Assembly: GCA_039024555.1 (NCBI GenBank)
Contig: JBCCQQ010000004.1
Span: 64,001-128,000, forward strand
Length of the DNA stretch: 64,000 nucleotides
Direction: 5' to 3'
Source: Cyanobacteria bacterium P01_D01_bin.156
GTDB lineage: Bacteria > Cyanobacteriota > Cyanobacteriia > Phormidesmidales > Phormidesmidaceae
This document shows, one piece after another, positions 31,101 to 40,746 of the stretch (within the stretch, counting starts at the first letter, position 1; every line of letters begins with the position of its first letter). A program made the position numbers and the translations under genes. The notes below the pieces were generated by a model. That model saw only the letters and a list, made by a program, of their open reading frames with translations, was not told where the DNA came from and searched no databases.

Positions 31101-31967
31101 CACAACTGGCTAATCTCTCCCCTTGAAAAAACTCTCAGCAATAACAACATTACCCATTTAGCCTTTGTATTACCCTCTGGATTACGTTCCCTGCCCTTAG
31201 CTGCACTCCACAATGGCAACAGTTTTCTAGTAGAGCGCTACAGTCTCGGCATTATGCCTAGCGTGGGGTTAACCAATATCAACTACAGTGATGTGAGATC
31301 TGGTGAGGTTTTAGCGGCAGGTGCGTCTAAATTTCCAGACCAACCAGATTTACCCGCCGTACCGTTAGAACTGAGAACCATTGCAGATACTCTCTGGCCA
31401 GGTCAATTCTTTCTCAACGAATCCTTTACCCCTGAGCAACTCCTCGCCAACCGACAGCGGGGCCGCTACAACATCCTACACTTAGCCACCCATGGAGAAT
31501 TTCGTGCTGGCAACCCCAGTAACTCCTACATCCAGTTTTGGGACCAGCGAATCACCCTTAACCAACTGCCTACCCTCAGTCTCAACGATCCTCCCATCGA
31601 TTTACTCGTGCTCAGTGCTTGTCGCACAGCCCTGGGGAGTCGAGAAGCTGAGCTAGGATTTGCCGGTCTAGCAGTCCAAGCTGGCGTCAAAACCGCCCTA
31701 GCCAGCCTTTGGCGAGTGGATGATGTTGGTACAGCAGGATTAATGACTGAGTTTTATAGCAACTTGCGTTACAGCACTATGCGGGCTGAAGCCTTACGCC
31801 AAGCTCAACTAGCCATGCTTCAGGGAAATGTTGTCATAGACGCCGGTCAGCTAAGCTGGACAGACGGCACGCTGACCATGCCCCCTGTACTAGTAGAAGA
31901 AACCCGAACCGCTTTAAAGCATCCTTTTTACTGGGCTGCGTTCACCCTTATTGGCAGTCCTTGGTAA
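28173..31967 (+). CDS. Filamentous haemagglutinin N-terminal (TPS) domain protein with acidic linker and C-terminal CHAT protease
   Basis: Signal peptide, NLFHGF, NPAG TPS motif, GGFVETS, WLIDP; D/E/F tract; LHLATHG, VLSACRTA, HPFYWAAF. Confidence 0.9.
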   Translation: MHCGFSHVQTRPLRSNQQRLHTLSFGISFIVLGWWTPALGQSIVPTDSTEVNQQSTDYQITGGQRSADGTNLFHGFEKFGLDAGEQANFLVPAGVANVLGRINGGDASVINGQLRLLGSDADLFLLNPAGMIFGESATLALPGDFLATTAQEIEFTGGTFPSLGTVDYANLLGAPVGLGFATNGEAVLINSGSLAVNDDAGLSLIGSQVINTGSLSGGTVTLAATREEGNTYVRIGSAGSVLAYEVLPQQIGEGITPLGLSSLLTQPSITSATGLTVNSDGSLQLAGASLEITPGTMVSTGDVTGSTIQLLGDRIGILAGTITAPNGGDIWLGGNQTGIGPLPNANTIYVAPTVTITADGPGAGGNIIVWSKESSRIHGRISARGEGGDGGFVETSSRGFLEVTQAPDVSSAQGNPGLWLIDPYDIEIRENGVSNENFTPSNPFTATGSPAVLDVSILREALGFGSVVVSTGDSGGENGDISLLDPLTYTTAPGTTLELSAAGDIAINASITPATGATSPLNIELQADRSGQGTGTVTVAENVLIQTSGGSLLVRGNGEQAPNGAGVSLFSGTTVETDGGTIDIFGRDGNGPGVSIEANTRLDTNGTGDILIRGTSDTGIGIDIANNVTTNSSLLSLDGQVGDSTQLAIQSTSPLVDTEVIINSVGDVEIGYVDVSGSIDITTNNFLRVTGTNGQGQSLFAPDSIRINHGGNGFTPFTVGDAGQNGTAGAIATSSTNVINPERSFFDSFFQGSIEISTADADPNECIEGCNDFGEDEFEDDFGEDDFGEDDILEEDDILGEDDFEFEDEEEDFEEDDDFEDEFEDEDFEDDSEFEDVDGGSFDILEDTEITAEDLAIREKFISQEYSQYLGNIRDRNLPLPEVQQQLNQITAQTGHTPGIVYVNFVPNTEKTSKQILELNQDNHLLELVLIIGQAPAQSLLIDTTKADIKRVVRRLQRGVTTPSLGDRYLRPAQQLHNWLISPLEKTLSNNNITHLAFVLPSGLRSLPLAALHNGNSFLVERYSLGIMPSVGLTNINYSDVRSGEVLAAGASKFPDQPDLPAVPLELRTIADTLWPGQFFLNESFTPEQLLANRQRGRYNILHLATHGEFRAGNPSNSYIQFWDQRITLNQLPTLSLNDPPIDLLVLSACRTALGSREAELGFAGLAVQAGVKTALASLWRVDDVGTAGLMTEFYSNLRYSTMRAEALRQAQLAMLQGNVVIDAGQLSWTDGTLTMPPVLVEETRTALKHPFYWAAFTLIGSPW
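30494..30683 (+). repeat. Acidic low-complexity coding repeat (EDDFG/EDDIL/EDEF)
   Basis: Repeated GAGGACGACATCCTA and GAAGATGA units. Confidence 0.8.
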
Positions 31968-32044
31968 ATCTACAATTGGCGCTACCGCTTAAAGTAACCC
32001 CTGCCACACCACTGGAACACGAATCATTTTGGTATCATTCAATA

Positions 32045-32077
32045 CAAATTCATTGATAGTTAGTATCAATGAATTTG
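32045..32077. other. AT-rich 14-bp inverted repeat downstream of FHA-CHAT and upstream of the GNAT gene
   Basis: CAAATTCATTGATA-GTTAG-TATCAATGAATTTG. Confidence 0.5.
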
Positions 32078-32173
32078 ATGGTTGTCCCTGGTTCATCTGT
32101 GTATCGTGAGAGCAACCTGGGACCTCAGTAGGTATTGGCCCGGTGGCGCCATGTTCTCACATAGCTTTTTCCT

Positions 32174-32641
32174 ATGGATTTTCGAACAGTTCAATTTCGC
32201 TACATAGAAGCACTATCTACAAAAGATTTGATACAGCTTCGAAATCTATTTAACAATTCAGCTTTTTGGGCAACCGAACGCAGCCTTGAAGATTTAGCAA
32301 AAGCCATTAGCCATAGCTGCCCTGTGGTTACTGCCTGGCAAGGAGATACCCTCATTGGGTTTGCACGGGCCACCTCTGACGGAGTTTATCGTGCCACCAT
32401 TTGGGATGTCGTCATTCACGACAACTATCAGGGTGCAGGGCTAGGTCGCAAGTTAGTTGAAACAGTGCTTGGCCATCCCCACATGAGCAATGTTGAACGT
32501 ACCTACCTGATGACAACAAATCAAAAGAGATTTTACGAGCGGGTTGGCTTTTCAGAAAATGAAACAACAACAATGGTGCTCATAAATCAACCTCTGGATG
32601 AACTGCTACTGCATCAACCAGAAAGTGCCGTTCGACACTAG
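32174..32641 (+). CDS. GNAT N-acetyltransferase
   Basis: LIGFARATSDG, IWDVVI, YQGAGLGRKL, FYERVGF. Confidence 0.9.
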   Translation: MDFRTVQFRYIEALSTKDLIQLRNLFNNSAFWATERSLEDLAKAISHSCPVVTAWQGDTLIGFARATSDGVYRATIWDVVIHDNYQGAGLGRKLVETVLGHPHMSNVERTYLMTTNQKRFYERVGFSENETTTMVLINQPLDELLLHQPESAVRH

Positions 32642-32758
32642 GGCTATGGGAATATATCAAAGAATAGTTCCAGAGCTAGCGCTGCGGCTCATCGGAATGA
32701 TCTAGATGCCAAATCCATAACCTTGGCCAGTTTCATAGAGCATTTCATTCTCAAAATT

Positions 32759-32850
32759 GGCGTTGCTGATCCCCGGGATGATTTTATCGGTCAAATGCCA
32801 GACGACCTGTAAGCTCTACGGAGCGCTTCATCCTCTAAATCAGCAACAGC
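32759..32850. mobile_element. ~92-bp MITE-like element
   Basis: Ends GGCGTTGCTGAT-N5-GGATGA and TCATCC-N5-ATCAGCAACAGC; a second copy in reverse orientation at 52062-52152. Confidence 0.65.
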
Positions 32851-32912
32851 TCCAAATCAGCCATGCCATGGCCAAGCGCTAAAGACCCTGGGATTGCAAG
32901 GGCTTTAATGCT

Positions 32913-33170
32913 CTATTCAGCGTCGTTTTCCTCAGCTTCTACTTGCTCGCGGCTATCGCCCCAATAGGCACTGTAGGTCCACTCTTCTCTCATGCCTTTT
33001 TCAACCATCTTCCAACGATAGATAGCTTTTTCGGGGTTAACACCCACCTCAATTAATTTAGCCCCCATGTAATATTCTGTCTGCTTTTTGGTACGGGCTT
33101 TTAGAAACTCTGACTGACTTTTAGAGATCAGCTTGGTAATGTGTGCCTGAGTGGGTCTTTTTCTAGCCAT
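32913..33170 (-). CDS. Small hypothetical protein
   Basis: 85-aa ATG ORF with protein-like composition (YYMGAKLIEVGVNP, WTYSAYWG). Confidence 0.7.
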   Translation of the reverse strand: MARKRPTQAHITKLISKSQSEFLKARTKKQTEYYMGAKLIEVGVNPEKAIYRWKMVEKGMREEWTYSAYWGDSREQVEAEENDAE

Positions 33171-33238
33171 CGGATAAAAATACAGTTTGAAGTCTTTTGG
33201 AAACGCTCAGTAACTAAGCTATCGGATCATCACCTTAA

Positions 33239-34114
33239 TCAGTAGTTAACTGGAGGCTGAGGTGGGGGGGCATCTGGGTAAGAATCGGAGTCAGAACTAG
33301 GCGGCGGCGTAGGTCGAAAATCAGTATAGCTGCCCTCGTTAGGCCCTTCTGGTCGAGGCTTCACATTTAAAGGGGGACGTTGCTCGCTGCGAGGCGCTGA
33401 CTGCTGAGGGGCTCCTCCCACCGAATTATTGGCAACCATGCTGCCGCCGCTGGGAACAGGTGGGAAATCAGATGGGCGTTGAGGCGGTTGTTGCGGACGG
33501 CTGTTGCGGGCAGCACCACCATCATAACGACGTTGAGGCTCACCCCCTGAATAACTGCCGGGTCCAGCGGGACCACTGTAACTACCGCCACCGCCGCCAT
33601 CACGGCGGCCAGGAGGTTGCTGCCCTGGTTGCAGGCGAGCTGGTGGACGGCGATCTTCGTAGGGAGGACGCTGAGGCTCTAGTGGCCGAGCCTGGTACTG
33701 ATCGCCATAGCCATCCCGATAGCGATCGCTGGGGATGCGAGGTTGTCTTGGACCAGGAGAGTCCCAGTCATCCAATTCAGCACGATAAACCCGGCGGGGC
33801 GGCCTGTCGTCGTAGCGTCTTGGTGGTGCAACATCCCGCTCAGCCGGTCGAGCCCGACTAGAGTCTCGCTTGCTGATATCGTTAATGATGAGTGTGGTCA
33901 ACATACCCACTAACATCACCTGCTGAAAAGAAGCCAACAATTCCATATTCAGGTGAGCCAGCAAGAATATGCCCGACAGCAAAAGCAAAATGGAGTACAC
34001 CTTATCAGAGCTGCGTTCATAGCCCGGTTTGAGCTTATCTAAAAAGAACAGCCCAACTGCACCAAGAATTAGTATCAATCCAACCAGCAGAGGGACAGGG
34101 GTACCAAAATTCAC
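33239..34114 (-). CDS. ycf66: Ycf66 family protein
   Basis: N-terminal three-TM domain plus long R/P/G-rich tail; downstream of psbX; GTG start at 34114 with GAGG upstream. Confidence 0.75.
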   Translation of the reverse strand: MNFGTPVPLLVGLILILGAVGLFFLDKLKPGYERSSDKVYSILLLLSGIFLLAHLNMELLASFQQVMLVGMLTTLIINDISKRDSSRARPAERDVAPPRRYDDRPPRRVYRAELDDWDSPGPRQPRIPSDRYRDGYGDQYQARPLEPQRPPYEDRRPPARLQPGQQPPGRRDGGGGGSYSGPAGPGSYSGGEPQRRYDGGAARNSRPQQPPQRPSDFPPVPSGGSMVANNSVGGAPQQSAPRSEQRPPLNVKPRPEGPNEGSYTDFRPTPPPSSDSDSYPDAPPPQPPVNY

Positions 34115-34256
34115 AATTGCTTCCTCGTACGATAGGGGCTCTTTAGGTAGGCAATTTGCCCACAATAGCTACCCATAGCCACCAATTCTATCCTAGCGGG
34201 CAGCTTTGGATTTGTCCTATTTCAGGATTGACCATTTCAGATAGAACTTAACCAGT

Positions 34257-34287
34257 AAAAAGGAGTACGGCTGTGCAGCCGTACTCC
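34257..34287 (-). terminator. Terminator after psbX
   Basis: GGAGTACGGCTG-TG-CAGCCGTACTCC with a T run on the minus strand. Confidence 0.75.
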
Positions 34288-34400
34288 CAAATAATTCCTA
34301 TATGTACATAGAACTCTCACCAAAAATTGATCAAGGCTGCATCCAGCTGGAAACCATTAGAGGTCATGACAATTCAAATGAAAGCATTCAGCAATAGAGG

Positions 34401-34517
34401 CTAGCGACGAATCTTGTCTCGCTGACTAATAAAAACCAGAGCAACAGTGACAGGGACCACCACAATGACGGCACCTGCTACAAGGCTTAAAAGAAAATTA
34501 GTTAATGATGGTGTCAT
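34401..34517 (-). CDS. psbX: Photosystem II protein X (not in ORF track)
   Basis: [38 protein letters not shown]. Confidence 0.95.
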   Translation of the reverse strand: MTPSLTNFLLSLVAGAVIVVVPVTVALVFISQRDKIRR

Positions 34518-34748
34518 GGCCTCTACTCTTCAAATCAGAAAACTTTTGTAATGCCTGATTAATATAGTATCGAGCAACGTTAACCTTGAGAAGCCTTTTA
34601 CCCTAAGCAAGTTATGAATTAAGAGCTTTGGGAACCGTGAAAAGGCTATTGATACGAAGAGTTTCTAAGATTTTAGAAAAGGTATCGTCACAGTCATCGC
34701 CCTAGGATTTACAATCCTTAATATGGATTAGTTATCTAGTGAGGTGAC

Positions 34749-35036
34749 ATGGCTATATCAGGGATCACAATTGGCAATTGGGTTGTGGGGCCACTGCTAG
34801 CGGTTATGACTCTGCTATTCATATTTCGCATCGTATTGACTTGGTATCCCGAAGCAGAATCCGCAAAGTTTCCGTTCAATCTGATTTATTGGCCGACAGA
34901 ACCCTTTTTAATTCCTGTACGAAAAGTGATTCCCCCCTTTGGTGGTGTAGATATTTCCCCGATTATTTGGGTCGCTTTTATTAGCCTGTTACGGGAAATC
35001 TTAGTGGGGCAGCAAGGATTACTAAAGATGTTCTAG
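34749..35036 (+). CDS. YggT/Ycf19 family protein
   Basis: RIVLTWYP, TEPFL, PPFGGVDISPI. Confidence 0.9.
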   Translation: MAISGITIGNWVVGPLLAVMTLLFIFRIVLTWYPEAESAKFPFNLIYWPTEPFLIPVRKVIPPFGGVDISPIIWVAFISLLREILVGQQGLLKMF

Positions 35037-35058
35037 TGGCACCAACTAGGACAAATGT

Positions 35059-37005
35059 ATGCAAAATAGAGAAGCATCATTAGAGGACTTGGAGAACTCG
35101 TTCGTGCCTTCTGCTGCTGCTGCAACTACGCTGCTTAAAGATCCTGAACGTTTAGAAACCCGGCTTAAAGAAATTCCCCAGGAACCTGGTGTTTACTTTA
35201 TGCGGGATGGGGATGAACAGATCCTATATATAGGAAAATCCAAAAGCCTGCGCAATCGGATACGTTCCTACTTTCGGGATAAATACCACCATACGCCTCG
35301 AATTTCGGTAATGGTCACCCAGGTGGTAGACATCGAGTTTATCGTTACCGATACCGAGGCAGAGGCTCTGGCCCTAGAGGCAAATCTCATCAAGCAGCAC
35401 CAGCCTTACTTTAATGTGCTGCTCAAGGACGATAAGAAGTATCCATATCTTTGCATTACTTGGTCAGAGGATTACCCACGGATCTTTATCACCCGTAAAC
35501 GACGCAAGAGCACAAAAAAGGATCGTTACTATGGCCCTTATGTAGATACGGGTCTTTTAAGACGCACTTTGCATATTTCAAAAAAAATCTTCCCCCTGCG
35601 CCAGCGAAGACAACCCCTATTTAAAGACCGCCCCTGTCTTAATTACGATATTGGTCAATGTCCTGGGGTATGTCAGCAGCTAATCACCCCCGAGGACTAT
35701 CACAAAATAGTGCAAAAAGTGGCCATGGTATTCCAGGGTAGGGTGCAAGAATTGGAATCAATTTTGGCAGTCCAAATGGAGAAGGCGGCTGAAAAACTCA
35801 ACTTTGAACATGCCGCTAGGCTACGGGATCAAATTCGCGGATTACAGACCCTGAGTGCTCATCAAAAGGTAGCCCTGCCCGACGATACGATTTCACGAGA
35901 TGCGATCGCCCTATCGGGAGACGATCAACATACTTGTATCCAACTGTTTCAAATTCGAGCAGGGCGTTTGGTAGGGCGTTTGGGCTTTGTGGCAGAAACC
36001 GAATCTGGAACACCGGGGCAAATTTTACAACGGGTGCTAGAGGAACACTATCCGACAGTAGATGCGGTAGAGATTCCTAGCGAGATTATGGTGCAGCATC
36101 CGCTCCCCGACGCGGATATCCTGGCAGAGTTTTTGTCCCAGCAAAAGGGTCGCAAGGTAACCATTGAGGTCCCCCAACGGCAAACCAAGGCAGAGCTGGT
36201 GGACATGGTAGAACGCAATGCTCAATATGAGCTAGCTCGCACCCAGCGATTTGCCGATCGCAATAACCAGGCAATGCAGGATCTAGCAGAAATTGTTGAC
36301 CTACCTGGTTTACCCAAACGTATCGAAGGGTATGACATTTCCCATATTCAGGGTTCTGACGCAGTGGCCTCGCAGGTCGTGTTTGTGGATGGTTTACCTG
36401 CAAAACAACACTACCGCCATTACAAAATTAAAAATCCCAAGATAACCAGCGGCCACTCCGATGACTTTGCCAGCATGGCAGAGGTAATTCGTAGACGTTT
36501 CCGTAAGTATGCAGAAGATCCGTCTAAAGAACGTATTGGTAGTTCAGACTGGCCCGACTTAGTCATGATCGATGGTGGTAAGGGCCAGCTATCTGCGGTT
36601 GTCGAAGTGCTTAAGGAGCTCAATTTACTCAGCGAACTCAATGTGGTGAGTTTAGCCAAAAAGAGAGAAGAGATCTTTTTGCCGGGAGAATCCACGCCAT
36701 TGCCGACAGAAGCGGAACAGCCCGGAGTGCAACTGTTGAGGCGGTTACGCGATGAAGCCCACCGATTTGCAGTTAGTTTTCATCGCAAGAAGCGTACGGC
36801 TCGTATGCGGAGATCGCGACTTAGCGAAATTCCTGGTCTAGGCCACCATCGCCAAAAGGTTCTTTTAGCTGAGTTTCGTTCCATTGACTATATCCGTGAG
36901 GCTAGCGTTGAGCGCCTCACAGCCGTCTCGGGGGTGGGGCCTAAGCTAGCCCAGCAGATCTATGACTACTTTCATCCAGAATTGTCGGGAGAATCTAGCC
37001 ATTAA
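35059..37005 (+). CDS. uvrC: Excinuclease ABC subunit C
   Basis: GIY-YIG (PGVY...YIGKSK), [24 protein letters not shown], HhH motifs. Confidence 0.98.
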   Translation: MQNREASLEDLENSFVPSAAAATTLLKDPERLETRLKEIPQEPGVYFMRDGDEQILYIGKSKSLRNRIRSYFRDKYHHTPRISVMVTQVVDIEFIVTDTEAEALALEANLIKQHQPYFNVLLKDDKKYPYLCITWSEDYPRIFITRKRRKSTKKDRYYGPYVDTGLLRRTLHISKKIFPLRQRRQPLFKDRPCLNYDIGQCPGVCQQLITPEDYHKIVQKVAMVFQGRVQELESILAVQMEKAAEKLNFEHAARLRDQIRGLQTLSAHQKVALPDDTISRDAIALSGDDQHTCIQLFQIRAGRLVGRLGFVAETESGTPGQILQRVLEEHYPTVDAVEIPSEIMVQHPLPDADILAEFLSQQKGRKVTIEVPQRQTKAELVDMVERNAQYELARTQRFADRNNQAMQDLAEIVDLPGLPKRIEGYDISHIQGSDAVASQVVFVDGLPAKQHYRHYKIKNPKITSGHSDDFASMAEVIRRRFRKYAEDPSKERIGSSDWPDLVMIDGGKGQLSAVVEVLKELNLLSELNVVSLAKKREEIFLPGESTPLPTEAEQPGVQLLRRLRDEAHRFAVSFHRKKRTARMRRSRLSEIPGLGHHRQKVLLAEFRSIDYIREASVERLTAVSGVGPKLAQQIYDYFHPELSGESSH

Positions 37006-37178
37006 GCAAGGAACCTAATCAGAATAGTGGCGGAAAATTGGCTATTTGATCAGGCACACAATGTTGCTGCCATTACACTTTGACAAGTGTTGGAAGAAAA
37101 TCAACCGATTTTGAGGGGGATGCACTACTCACGTGCCGACTATTGGGCGTTTACCTGCAGCACAATTGACGGCTTTTC

Positions 37179-37598
37179 TTAGTCTGTATATTTGACTCGT
37201 CCTCGCAGAGCTTTTTGCTGACTGCGCTTAGACTTCTTATCTAGTCTTTTCTGAGTAGATGCCTTGCTGGGCTTAGTGGGTTTGCGCTTTTTCTTTACCA
37301 CCACGGCAGCACGAATCAGCTGCTGTAGCCGTTCGAGGGCATCCGTTTTATTGCGTAACTGAGTGCGATAGCTCTGGGACTTGAGGTTAACTACCCCGTC
37401 CTTAGAAATACGACTATCGTTTAGGGCAAGCAGTCGAGTTTTGTAATGCTCTGGTAAAGACGATGCGGGGATATCAAAGCGGAGATGAATCGCGGTGGCG
37501 ACCTTGTTCACATTTTGACCGCCTGCACCTTGCGATCGCACCGCTTGTAATTCAATCTCACTATCTGGAATCGACACCTGGTTAGAAATTCTAAGCAT
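37179..37598 (-). CDS. arfB: Alternative ribosome-rescue peptidyl-tRNA hydrolase
   Basis: GAGGQNVNKV and basic C-terminal tail; start at MLRISNQ. Confidence 0.93.
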   Translation of the reverse strand: MLRISNQVSIPDSEIELQAVRSQGAGGQNVNKVATAIHLRFDIPASSLPEHYKTRLLALNDSRISKDGVVNLKSQSYRTQLRNKTDALERLQQLIRAAVVVKKKRKPTKPSKASTQKRLDKKSKRSQQKALRGRVKYTD

Positions 37599-37669
37599 CC
37601 CCTGTTCCCCATTCACCTTACCGTCAGCATAACCAACTACACTAAGCCTGTGCCTGCTGTAATTCCCCC

Positions 37670-38470
37670 ATGTCCCTATTCGGTTACCTTCAGCGTCCCC
37701 TACGCATACTCCAGACGCTACTATCGGTTTACTATGCCTACATGCTGGAATATCGTGCCGAGCTCATGTTTTGGGTATTGTCAGGTTCGTTTCCATTAAT
37801 CCTCATGGGTCTGTGGCAAGAAGCCGCCAGCAGTGGCCAATTTGACCTCAATCCTGATACGGTGGTGCGCTACTTTCTAGCTGTTTTTGTAGTTCGTCAG
37901 CTGACCGTAGTGTGGGTTATTTGGGACTTTGAACGAGAAGTCCTGGAGGGTAAGCTATCTCCCCTCCTATTGCAGCCTTTGGATCCAGGTTGGCGGCATT
38001 TTTCATCGCATTTAGCAGAACGTCTGGCTAGGTTGCCCTTTATCGCAGCATTAGTCGGTTTATTTCTGTGGCTGTATCCTGTAGCTCGTCAACAACCAGA
38101 GCATCTTTTTTGGGGTCTGCTGGCCACTAGCTTAGCCTTTTGTCTGCGCTTTTTGATGCAGTATACCTATGCCATGGTGGCCTTTTGGGTAGAACGAGCA
38201 ACAGCCATCGAGCAATTCTCATTTTTGCTCTACACCTTTTTCTCAGGCATGGTAGCTCCATTAACCCTATTTCCAGAGGCTATCCACACAGCGGTTCTGT
38301 GGACGCCATTTCCCTATCTAATTTATGTGCCAGCAGGCCTACTGGTTGGCTTACCTGTAAATATTTCAAAAAGTATTGTTATTACCCTGGCATGGTGTTT
38401 GCTGTTTTGGCTGCTAAACCGTTTGCTCTGGTGGCTTGGGCTCAAACGTTATAGCGGCATGGGGGCATAG
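37670..38470 (+). CDS. ABC-2 type permease (DUF990-like)
   Basis: EYRAE, GKLSPLLLQP, FSGMVAPL, PFPY; six TM segments. Confidence 0.85.
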   Translation: MSLFGYLQRPLRILQTLLSVYYAYMLEYRAELMFWVLSGSFPLILMGLWQEAASSGQFDLNPDTVVRYFLAVFVVRQLTVVWVIWDFEREVLEGKLSPLLLQPLDPGWRHFSSHLAERLARLPFIAALVGLFLWLYPVARQQPEHLFWGLLATSLAFCLRFLMQYTYAMVAFWVERATAIEQFSFLLYTFFSGMVAPLTLFPEAIHTAVLWTPFPYLIYVPAGLLVGLPVNISKSIVITLAWCLLFWLLNRLLWWLGLKRYSGMGA

Positions 38471-38922
38471 AGCTACAGTTTCTATGCATATTGGACGGTT
38501 AAGTATATGTAGGAAATATAAACTCCAGAGATATTTTCACGAAGAGACTATGTTGTTTGTTTGTAGTCATTTTAAATCTCAGGAAATTCTCTTCATGATC
38601 CCTCTATTTTCTCGATTGAGTTGATTTTTTTCGCGAAACAAACGTGGTTTTCACCTATCTCTTAACTAACACTTTACGGACTACTCTTTAGGTACAGACT
38701 AAAGTGGTATTGAACGATTTTTCCTGGGAAAAGTTGCTCGGTTAGATGGCTGATGTTTAAAGGAAGTAGCTTTTACAAGCTGGTAAACAAGCTTAGTGAA
38801 TCTCACCAAAGTGTTTGTTTTGCTAGGTTTCAAATCGCTTTTATTCTCTCTAACTAAACTTAGGTATATACCTAATCAATTCAGCCCTCAGTATTAAACA
38901 AGTTTCCTGAATTGTTTTTATT

Positions 38923-39642
38923 ATGACTACTATCCAACTTGACGCGCCCTCCTTATCCACTGGAGTTCTTGATTCTGTCACTACACTTTCTGGGCTTTCA
39001 GCTGTTCCAAATCACCATGAGAAACTCGATGCTGAACAGCTTAATCAGTTGGACTTAGCAGACTTAATAAGTGTATGTCAACAACATCGTTATCCTGAAC
39101 AAGCTCCTTTTGCTGAGCTGATGCGCCGCTATCGCTCCCATGTGGATCGTCAGCTCTATCATCTGGCACCCGATTGGTCCGATCGAGCCGACTTAGCTCA
39201 AGAGGTTTGGATTCGCGTTTATCGCAACCTAAACCGATTACAGTCCCCTGTAAAATTTAAGGGCTGGATGAGTCGTATTACCACTAACTTGTTCTACGAT
39301 GAGCTACGCAAGCGTAAGCGTCATGCAGGCACGCTGTCCTTAGATGCTCCTCGTCATTTAGATGATGGCCAGGTTGATTGGGAAATCGCCTCAGAAGATC
39401 CTAGCCCTGTAGATACCATGATGACCCACGAGTTTTACGAGCGGTTGCAAGCGGCTATTGCAGAACTGCCCGAAGTCTTTCGGACTACGATCGTGCTAAG
39501 AGAGATTCAAGGTCTTCCCTACGAAGAGATTGCTGAGATTACTGGGGTTTCCCTAGGTACAGTCAAGTCTCGCATTGCTAGAGCTCGCTACCGTCTTCAG
39601 GGCGAACTTAAGCGTTACATTGATGGTCAAAAGTCTGCTTAA
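38923..39642 (+). CDS. ECF sigma-70 factor (SigG/RpoE-like)
   Basis: DLAQEVWIRVY region 2; YEEIAEITGVSLGTVKSRIARAR region 4. Confidence 0.92.
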   Translation: MTTIQLDAPSLSTGVLDSVTTLSGLSAVPNHHEKLDAEQLNQLDLADLISVCQQHRYPEQAPFAELMRRYRSHVDRQLYHLAPDWSDRADLAQEVWIRVYRNLNRLQSPVKFKGWMSRITTNLFYDELRKRKRHAGTLSLDAPRHLDDGQVDWEIASEDPSPVDTMMTHEFYERLQAAIAELPEVFRTTIVLREIQGLPYEEIAEITGVSLGTVKSRIARARYRLQGELKRYIDGQKSA

Positions 39643-39741
39643 TTATTTGAATTTTAGCCATTGTTGAATTTGAGGAAACTTGGATCTTACAAGGGCTTTA
39701 TATATTTGATTAGTTCACCATAAATCGTGATTTTCATCACT

Positions 39742-39775
39742 GCCTCCAGAGCTGTTAGAGCCTTTGGAGGCTTTT
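39742..39775 (+). terminator. Probable terminator after the sigma gene
   Basis: GCCTCCAGAG...CTTTGGAGGC followed by TTTT. Confidence 0.55.
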
Positions 39776-39913
39776 CATGTGGGGTTCCGTAATCTGCCAA
39801 TTTGTACAAGCCGAACTAGCTGAAGTTTTTCAAACCAGTATCATCTTGAGAGAAATTCAAGACCTCTCTTAGTCATCTTGCTATGATGAGCCTAAGCATA
39901 AGGGAGCAGTGGG

Positions 39914-40699
39914 TTGTTGCAACGATATTTCAAAGTACTGAAACTATTCTGGGAAGTTGCGATCGCAGCCGAGCTAGAATACCGTCTAAATTTTGTTATT
40001 GCTGCCCTGAGCAGTCTAACGGCTTTGGGTGGCAATTTGTTTGGACTATTTTTGTTTTATCGCACAGGCTATGAGTTTCAAGGGTGGCAATGGCAAGAAG
40101 CTCTAGTAGTCTTAGGAGTCTTTACCTTACTACAAGGGTTCGCTGCCACCTTTCTAAGCCCAAATCTCAATCGCATTGTCAAACATGTTCAAGAAGGCAC
40201 CTTGGATTTTGTTTTACTAAAACCCATTAGTTCTCAGTTTTGGCTATCCACACGAACAATTTCTCCCTGGGGATTTCCAGATCTAGTCCTAGGTATGGCC
40301 ATGATCATCTATGCTGGCGCGCAACTGGGATTGGGATTAAGCAATTATGTAGCAGCTGTAGTCCCCTTAAGTTTAGGTTTTATGAGCTTATATAGCCTAT
40401 GGTTTATGCTGGGTGCTACCAGTATCTGGTTTGTCAAAATTTATAATGTAACTGAGGTGTTGCGCAATTTTTTAGAAGCCGGACGCTTTCCCATCGTGGC
40501 CTATCCAGCCGCCTTTCGCATCTTTTTCACCTTTGTTATTCCAGTAGCATTTTTGACCACCGTACCGGCCCAGGTATTTCTCAATCGAATTGAAGTTACC
40601 TGGCTGGCTGGATCGGCATTGCTAGCAGCTGGTTTATTCTGGTTTTCTCAGTTATTTTGGCGATTTGCTCTACGGTTTTACACCAGTGCATCGAGTTAG
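39914..40699 (+). CDS. ABC-2 type permease (DUF990-like)
   Basis: EYRLNF, GTLDFVLLKP, GRFP, LRFYTSASS. Confidence 0.88.
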   Translation: MLQRYFKVLKLFWEVAIAAELEYRLNFVIAALSSLTALGGNLFGLFLFYRTGYEFQGWQWQEALVVLGVFTLLQGFAATFLSPNLNRIVKHVQEGTLDFVLLKPISSQFWLSTRTISPWGFPDLVLGMAMIIYAGAQLGLGLSNYVAAVVPLSLGFMSLYSLWFMLGATSIWFVKIYNVTEVLRNFLEAGRFPIVAYPAAFRIFFTFVIPVAFLTTVPAQVFLNRIEVTWLAGSALLAAGLFWFSQLFWRFALRFYTSASS

Positions 40700-40746
40700 C
40701 CACCACGGGGTATGCTGAGAGAATTCACACCAGCCCCACATTTTCC

